From an uncultured Acidobacteriota bacterium (GTDB taxonomy: Bacteria; Acidobacteriota; Thermoanaerobaculia; UBA5066; Gp7-AA6), in NCBI GenBank assembly GCA_963764715.1, contig CAVXTP010000010.1:222024-286023 (forward strand): a stretch of DNA of 64,000 bases. Reading direction: 5' to 3'. Below the pieces are notes generated by a model, which saw only the letters and a program-made list of their open reading frames with translations, was not told where the DNA came from and did not search any database. How positions within the stretch are numbered: position 1 is the stretch's first letter; the number at the start of each line of letters is the position of its first letter. A program made the translations under genes and the position numbers. Below, piece after piece: positions 57,412-64,000 of the stretch.

Positions 57412-58173
57412 ATGGATTCTTCGCGAGACAACGGGCGCCTGGCGGGCTGGTTCGTCCTCGGCCTGTGCATCCTGGCGGGGCTCGCCCTCGCCGGCTTTTT
57501 CGCCGGCCGCGGCACCGAGCGGTTCCGGTCCGGCAATCGCACGGTGACGGTCAAGGGCCTCGTCGAGAAGGAGGTCAAGGCCGACCAGGCCATCTGGACG
57601 CTGAACCTCCGGCGGGCGGGCGCCGACCTGAAGGAGGCCCAGGCGAGGATCGGCGCCGACAGGGCGGCCGCGCTCGCCTTCCTCAAGAAGCAGGGCTTCC
57701 CGGACGACGCGATCGAGCGGTCGCCGATCCGCACGATCGACAAGCGCGCCCGGGAGTACGGGCAGCCGCAGGGGTCCGACCCCCTCCGCTACATCCTGAC
57801 GACGTCGCTCGTCGTGACGACCCCGGACGTCGACCGGGTTCGGACCGCGCTCGGATCGGCCGACGAGCTCCTCGAGTCGGGCGTGCTGCTCGACGGCGGC
57901 GAGGGCGGGCCCGCGAACCCGCGGTACGTGGTCTCGAAGTTCAACGACCTGCGGCCGCAGCTGCTGGCCGAGGCCACCAAGAGCGCCCGCGCGATGGCCC
58001 AGCAGTTCGCCGCCGACTCCGGGGCCCGCGTCGGGACCATCCGCTCGGCCAACCAGGGGCTGATCCAGATCTTCGGGTCCGACGGCAACGACGAATCCGG
58101 GGCGTTCAGCCCGACGAGCACCGTCATGAAGCGGATCCGGGTCGTCAGCACCTTCGAGTTCGCCCTCGAGTGA
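57412..58173 (+). CDS. SIMPL (DUF541) domain protein
   Basis: N-terminal TM segment, RTVTVKGLVEKEVKAD, A..FAADSG..VG.I.SANQG, K.IRVVST. Confidence 0.88.
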   Translation: MDSSRDNGRLAGWFVLGLCILAGLALAGFFAGRGTERFRSGNRTVTVKGLVEKEVKADQAIWTLNLRRAGADLKEAQARIGADRAAALAFLKKQGFPDDAIERSPIRTIDKRAREYGQPQGSDPLRYILTTSLVVTTPDVDRVRTALGSADELLESGVLLDGGEGGPANPRYVVSKFNDLRPQLLAEATKSARAMAQQFAADSGARVGTIRSANQGLIQIFGSDGNDESGAFSPTSTVMKRIRVVSTFEFALE

Positions 58174-58203
58174 GGCGCGGGGCGTTGATATGATGCGGCG
58201 ACC

Positions 58204-58545
58204 ATGCTGACTTCGCTTCTTCAGACGGCCCCGGCGCCGGGCGGCGCCGCGGGAGGGCTCATGCAGTTCCTCCCGATGATCTTCATCTTCGTCATCTTCT
58301 ACTTCCTCCTGATCGCCCCGATGCGCAAGAAGCAGAAGAAGACCCAGGAGATGCTCTCGAAGCTCAAGAAGGGCGACGAGGTCATCACGAGCGGCGGGAT
58401 CTTCGGCCGGATCACGGCGCTCGACGAGGAGCGCGGCTTCGTGATCCTGCAGATCGGCGACAACACCAAGATCAAGGTGCTGCGCAGCGCGGTCGCCGGC
58501 CTCGCCGGGGAGCCCGAGGCAACTCCAACCACGCCAGCGACTTGA
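58204..58545 (+). CDS. yajC: Preprotein translocase subunit YajC
   Basis: FYFLLIAP.RK.QK, LKKGDEVITSGGIFG; directly upstream of secD. Confidence 0.96.
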   Translation: MLTSLLQTAPAPGGAAGGLMQFLPMIFIFVIFYFLLIAPMRKKQKKTQEMLSKLKKGDEVITSGGIFGRITALDEERGFVILQIGDNTKIKVLRSAVAGLAGEPEATPTTPAT

Positions 58546-58665
58546 GAGGGAGGCGAGGGTTGGGGACACGTTCCCTCTCTCGTCGGCGGCGTCGAGCCGC
58601 CGCTTCCATGACAGCGGATAGCCGGTTCCTGTAGACTCCGGCGTTCTTTTTTTCGGGGAGGACCG

Positions 58666-60268
58666 TTGGGCAAGAAGCTTCGCTGGCGCGTGCTGTTGAT
58701 CGTCCTGGTGGTGGCGGGCGCCATCGCCGGGTACGTGGCCACCGGGTACGCGCACGCCAAAAAAGAGTGGACGGGGCCGGGCGGTCCGACCCTGAAGGAC
58801 GCCCTCAAGAAGGGCATCAAGCTCGGGCTCGACCTGCGCGGCGGGATTCACCTCGTGCTCCAGGTCAACACGCCCGACGCGGTCAAGGCCGAGCGGGACG
58901 ACGCCGTCGAGACGCTCAAGACCGAGACGAAGGACGCGGGCCTCGGCGCGATCGAGCTGCCGACGGACCAGTCGTTCGCGGTGACGATCACGCCGCAGAC
59001 CGACCAGTCGAAGCTCGAGGAGACGGTGAAGCGCTTCCTGCCGGACTGGTCCTACAGCACGGCGGGCGGGAAGTGGACCTTCGCCCTCAAGGACGTCGCC
59101 CTCCGGCAGATCGAGGACAACGCCGTCGCCCAGGCCGTCGAGACGATCCGCAACCGCATCGACGAGTTCGGCGTGTCGGAGCCGCTCATCGCGCGCCAGG
59201 GCAAGGACCGGATCCTCGTCCAGCTTCCGGGCATCGACGATCCCAAGCGCGTCAAGGATCTGATCAAGAACACCGCGTTCCTGGAGCTCTCGCTCGTGGA
59301 GAAGGGCCCGTCGACGCGCGAGGCCCTGCTCGCCGAGTACAACGGGACCATCCCCGACCAGTTCAAACTGGTCGAGGCGAAGGCGGTGCCCGGGGAGCCG
59401 GGAGCGGTCCTTCTACGTGGTCCGCAAGCAGGCCGTCATCACGGGGCGGGACCTCAAGAACGCGCGCCCGTCGCAGGGCCAGTTCGGCTCCCACTCGGTC
59501 TCGTTCTTCCTGACGGCCGCGGGCTCGCAGAAGTTCGGGGCGGCCACCGGGGCCAACATCGGCAGGCACCTCGCGATCGTCCTCGACAACCGGGTGCAGT
59601 CGGCGCCCAACATCAAGGACCGGATCACCGAGCAGGGCGTCATCGAGGGCACGTTCTCGCCGGAGGAGGCCAACGACCTGGCGCTCGTCCTGCGCGCCGG
59701 CGCGCTGCCGGCCGGCCTGACGTACCTCGAGGAGCGCACGGTCGGCCCGTCGCTCGGCCTCGACTCGATCCGCAAGGGCATCACGGCCTCGGTCGTCGGC
59801 GCGGTGCTCGTCTTCATCGCGATGGCCGTCTACTACCGGCGCGCCGGCTGGAACGCCATCCTCGCGCTGATCCTGAACGCCCTTCTGCTCGCCGCGGCGA
59901 TGTCGCTCTTCGAGGCGACGCTGACGCTGCCCGGCATCGCCGGCTTCATCCTGACGATCGGCATGGCGGTCGACTCGAACGTCCTCGTCTTCGAGCGCAT
60001 CCGCGAGGAGCTCCGCAGCGGCCGGGCCCCGCGCGCCGCCATCGAGAACGGCTTCTCGAAGGCCTTCGCGACGATCGTCGACACGCACGCCACGACCATC
60101 ATCTCGGCCCTCTTCCTGCTCCAGTTCGGAACGGGGCCGGTCAAGGGCTTCGCGGTCACGCTGATCATCGGACTTCTGATCTCCATGTTCACGGCGGTCT
60201 TCGTGTCGCACACGATCTTCGAGCTCGAGTACGGAAGCCGCCAGCACATCGACACGGTGTCGATCTAG
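58666..60268 (+). CDS. secD: Protein translocase subunit SecD (one apparent extra base near 59401)
   Basis: KLGLDLRGG, IRNRIDEFGVSEP, VQLPG in one frame; AIVLD, GALP, GPSLG, GMAVDSNV..FERIREE, GPVKGFA in the next frame. Confidence 0.93.
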
Positions 60269-60281
60269 AAAGCAGAGCGTC

Positions 60282-61525
60282 ATGGAGTTTTTCCGCCAGA
60301 CCAACATCGATTTCCTGAAGTACAAGTGGTGGGCCATCGGCGCCTCCTGGGCGCTGATCGCCGTGGGTCTCTTCACGATCTTCGTGCAGAAGGGCCTGAA
60401 GTTCGGCATCGACTTCTCGGGCGGCACCGCGATCGCGATCCGCCTCTCCAACCGCCCCGACATCGACAAGATGCGGACGATCCTGGACGGCGCGAAGCTC
60501 GGGGAGATCGGCATCCAGCGCTACGAGGAACCCGAGAAGAACGAGGTCCTGATCCGCGTCCAGCAGCAGGCCAAGGAAGGCCGCGACGTCGCCGGCGAGG
60601 TTCTCCGCGCCCTCCGGCAGGGCCTCCAGGCGGAGACGGACCCGAACAAGATCGACCTGAACACCGAGGGCAAGGCGACGCTCGCGCGCGCGCCTGGCCT
60701 CGGCCGACCCGGACCAGGTGGCCGGCAAGCCCGACACGAACGCCGGCGACTACTACACGCAGACCGCCGGGCGGGTCATCGACCGTCGCTCGCAGCTCGG
60801 GCTCTTCCACGCTCCGGCGGACGTGGATTCCGTCGAGGGCGTGTCCGCCGCGACGAAGACCTGGGTCAAGGCCAACACGGTCGTCGGGCCGTTCGTCCTG
60901 CTCTCGGCCGAGAACGTCGGGCCGCAGGTCGGCGCGGACCTCCAGAAGAAGGCCCTCCTCGCGATCATCTGGTCGACCGTCGGGATGCTCGCCTACATCG
61001 CGTTCCGCTTCCGCTCCGTCCCGTTCGGCGTCGGGGCGATCGTCGCCCTCATCCACGACACGCTCATCACCGTCGGGCTGCTCGCCCTCTTCGGCCGCGA
61101 GTTCAACCTCGTCGTCGTGGCGGCCCTTCTGACGCTCGTCGGCTACTCGGTCAACGACACGGTCGTCGTCTACGACCGGGTGCGCGAGAACCTCCGGACG
61201 CCCAAGAAGGAGCCGCTCGAGGCCGTCATCAACCGCTCGATCAACCAGACGCTGTCCCGGACGATCCTGACCTCCGGAGCGACGATGCTCGTCGTCGTCG
61301 CGCTCTTCTTCCTCGGCGGCGAGGTCCTGCAGCACGTTCGCGCTGACGCTCATCATCGGCATCGTCATCGGCACGTACTCGTCGATCTACGTCGCGGCCG
61401 CGATCGTCGTGATCTGGAAGGACTGGAAGACCGGCCGGAAGCTGGCGGTGGTGCCCGCCCCCGTCAAGGCCGAGCCGGCCCCGCCGGTCGCCCCGACCGG
61501 CAAGAAGAAGCAAAAAGGTCGCTAA
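60282..61525 (+). CDS. secF: Protein translocase subunit SecF (apparent extra bases near 60687 and 61330)
   Basis: GIDFSGG; VGPQVG, HD, GYSVNDTVVVYDRVREN, TLSRT; FALTLIIGIVIGTYSSIYVA, spread over three frames; TAA at 61523-61525. Confidence 0.93.
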
Positions 61526-61576
61526 GCCGTCGACGCCGCGACCCTTCGAGGGTTCGGCGGCACTCTCCCTTGAGTT

Positions 61577-61788
61577 CGCGGCGCGAATAGTCTCCCGAGC
61601 GGAAGCGAGGGAGGAGGTTCGCGCCGCGGGAGCGAGGCGCAGCGAGGGGGTCAGGCGCGTGGTCGAGCGCCGTCCGCGAGCCGCGCGCCGGTGGCGGTCC
61701 GTCCACCAGAGGCAAGCCCCCGGCCATAGGAGGCGTCGTCCGAAGGACGACGACAACCCACAGACCCCCGACCAAGCCGAGCGACGGT
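61577..61788. repeat. Multi-hairpin palindromic intergenic element, copy B
   Basis: Same order of stems and linkers as 11236-11398 with compensatory base changes. Confidence 0.75.
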
Positions 61789-61804
61789 CGTGTAACCTTA
61801 AAGC

Positions 61805-63993
61805 GTGATCCACTTCGAGGAAATCCTCGAGAAGGTCGAGGCCTACAACCCGAACTCGGACCAGGAGCTCCTGCGCCGGGCCTACGTCTTCTCGGCCCGC
61901 GAGCACAAGGGCCAGGTCCGGCGCTCCGGCGAGCCGTACCTCGTCCATCCCTTGAACGTCGCCTCGATCCTGGCGGACCTCAAGGCCGACGACGTCTCGA
62001 TCGTCGTGGGCCTGCTCCACGACGTCCTCGAGGACACGCTGACGACCAAGGAGTCGATCGCCCAGCAGTTCGGCGCGGAGGTCGCCGAGCTCGTCGACGG
62101 CCTGACGAAGATCGGCAAGTTCTCGTACGTCTCGCGCGTGGAGGAGCAGGCGGAGACGTTCCGCAAGATGCTGCTCGCGATGATCTCCGACCTGCGCGTC
62201 GTGCTGGTCAAGCTCGCGGACCGCCTCCACAACATGCGCACCCTCGGGTTCCTGCCCGAGGCCCGGCGCCAGGAGATCGCCCGGGAGACCCTCGACATCT
62301 ACGCTCCGATCGCCCACCGGCTCGGCATGGGGAGCGTGAAGGGGGAGCTCGAGGACCTGGCGTTCCTGAATCTCGAGCCCGAGGAGCACCAGCGCCTGGC
62401 CCGCGAGGTCGCCCGGCGGATGAAGGTCTCGGAGGGCATGATCGGGGACATCCGGCGGCGGATCGAGGCGCGGCTGGCCGACGCCGCGGTTCCCGGTGGA
62501 GGTCTCGGGCCGGATGAAGCGCTACTACTCGATCTGGTCGAAGATGAAGCGGACGGGAGTGGAGGCGGCGCAGCTCTACGACATCCTCGCCTTCCGCATC
62601 GTCGTGCCCGAGACCCGCGACTGCTACGCGGCCCTCGGCATGGTCCACCAGCTCTGGCGCCCGGTGCCCGGACGGATCAAGGACTACGTCGCGATGCCGA
62701 AGCCCAACTTCTACCAGTCGCTGCACACGACGGTCATCGGCGAGACCGGGCAGCCCTTCGAGATCCAGATCCGCACCCGCGAGATGGACCTGATCGCCGA
62801 GCGCGGAATCGCGGCCCACTGGAAGTACAAGGAGGGCCGGCTCGGGCCGCACGCCGACGACGCCCGCTTCCAGTGGCTCCGCCAGCTCGCCGACTGGCAG
62901 AGCGAGGTCTCGGACCCGCGCCAGTTCCTGTCCTCCCTCAAGGTCGACCTCTACCCGGACGAGGTCTACACGTTCACGCCGAAGGGCGAGGTGTTCGCGT
63001 TCCCGCGGGGCGCGACGCCGATCGACTTCGCCTACCGCGTCCACACCGACGTCGGGCACCGGTGCGTCGGCGCGCGCGTGAACGGGAAGCTCCTGCCCCT
63101 GCGGACCCCGCTCCAGAGCGGGGACATCGTCGAGATCCTGACCGGGCCGGGCCAGACGCCCTCGCGGGACTGGCTTTCCTCGGTCGTCACCAGCCGCGCG
63201 CGCCACAAGATCCGCCACTTCATCCACGAGGAGGAGAAGCGGCAGGCCGTCGAGCTCGGGCGGCGGCTTCTCGAGCGGGAGCTCAAGAAGTTCAAGCGGA
63301 CGTTGAAGAAGCTCGACGGCGACGGGAGCCTCGCCCGGGAGCTGCCCCACTGGGGCTTCTCACGGCCCGAGGACCTCTTCGCCGCGATCGGCTACGGGAA
63401 GCTCGCGCCCCGCAACGCCCTGGAGCGGTTCGTGTCCGCCGAGGAGCTGGCCCGGCCCGAGACCGAGAAGAAGGAGTCGGCCGTTTCCCGGGTCGTCCGG
63501 CGGATCCTGCCCTTCGGCGTGCCCGGACATCGTCGTGGTCGGGCACAACGACCTGCTCGCGACGCTCGCCAAGTGCTGCAATCCGGTGCCGGGCGAGAAG
63601 ATCATCGGCTACATCACGCGGGGACGCGGCGTGTCGGTCCACTCCGAGAGCTGCCCGAACGTCAAGAACCTGCTCTACGACCCGGGCCGCCAGATCGACG
63701 TGGCCTGGGCCGACGAGAAGAAGGCCTCCTACGCCATCGAGCTCGAGGTGTCGACCGAGGACCGGCCGGGCCTGCTCGCCGACGTCACCCAGGCGATCGC
63801 CGGCGAGGGCTCGAACATCCGCCGCATCGAGGCGCGGGTCGAGGAGACCCGAAGAACGCGTTCGTGACGGTCTCGCTCGAGGCCACGGGGCTCGAAGCAG
63901 CTCGAGAAGATCGTCGGCCGCATCCGGGCGATCCCGGGAGTCCGCGACGTCGTGCGGAAGTACAACGTCGCGAAGGCAGGGGAGAGAGAGTAG
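61805..63993 (+). CDS. rel: Long RelA/SpoT homologue (HD-SYNTH-TGS-ZFD-ACT) with four apparent frameshifts (near 62495, 63525, 63851, 63894)
   Basis: Hand translation: RRSGEPYLVHP, LLHDVLED, KLADRLHNMRTL, YAPIAHRLG; GRMKRYYSIWSKM, PKPNFYQSLHTT, EIQIRT, GIAAHWKYK, FTPKG, DFAY.VHT.VG; AKCCNPVPG, DRPGLLAD; TAG at 63991-63993. Confidence 0.93.
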
Positions 63994-64000
63994 AAGGGGT

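Noticed and set aside
58666-63993. secD, secF and rel as true pseudogenes
   Set aside because: Conserved motifs are intact with no nonsense substitutions seen; the clustered single-base indels fit sequencing error better.

Overview
A very GC-rich, gene-dense 64-kb chromosomal segment. Acidobacteriota is my inference from the GWxTD/VWA protein, the PGN-type EF-P and the multiple Hanks kinases. It is mostly housekeeping and signalling DNA: a large secreted HEXXH metalloprotease running off the left edge, tRNA-Ala(CGC), selD, gcvT-H-PA-PB, a DAK2-DegV fusion, two Ser/Thr kinases, a FadL-like barrel plus SGNH hydrolase, efp, a fused Nfn/GltD-like oxidoreductase divergent from a Fur/PerR-rubrerythrin-FeS-DUF3501 operon, a GGDEF protein, maf, an ABC pair, iscS-like/FHA/mnmA, folK, tgt, a Tat molybdoenzyme, an iodotyrosine-deiodinase-like flavoprotein, yajC-secD-secF and a long RelA/SpoT gene. 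I found no integrase, transposase, prophage, CRISPR array or rRNA. The least expected signals are: (i) two diverged, covarying copies of a multi-hairpin intergenic element with tandem G-A mismatches and C-GAA-G loops (11236-11398, 61577-61788); (ii) a CTAG-bounded MITE-like element that contains the stop codons of two convergent genes; (iii) many apparently leaderless and bidirectional promoters; (iv) a Zn-ribbon/FHA gene between the desulfurase and mnmA; (v) a kinase-GAF-pseudophosphatase fusion. Seven frameshifts in the last 4.6 kb (secD, secF, rel) look like sequencing errors. All family calls come from motifs recognised by eye; no database search was run.
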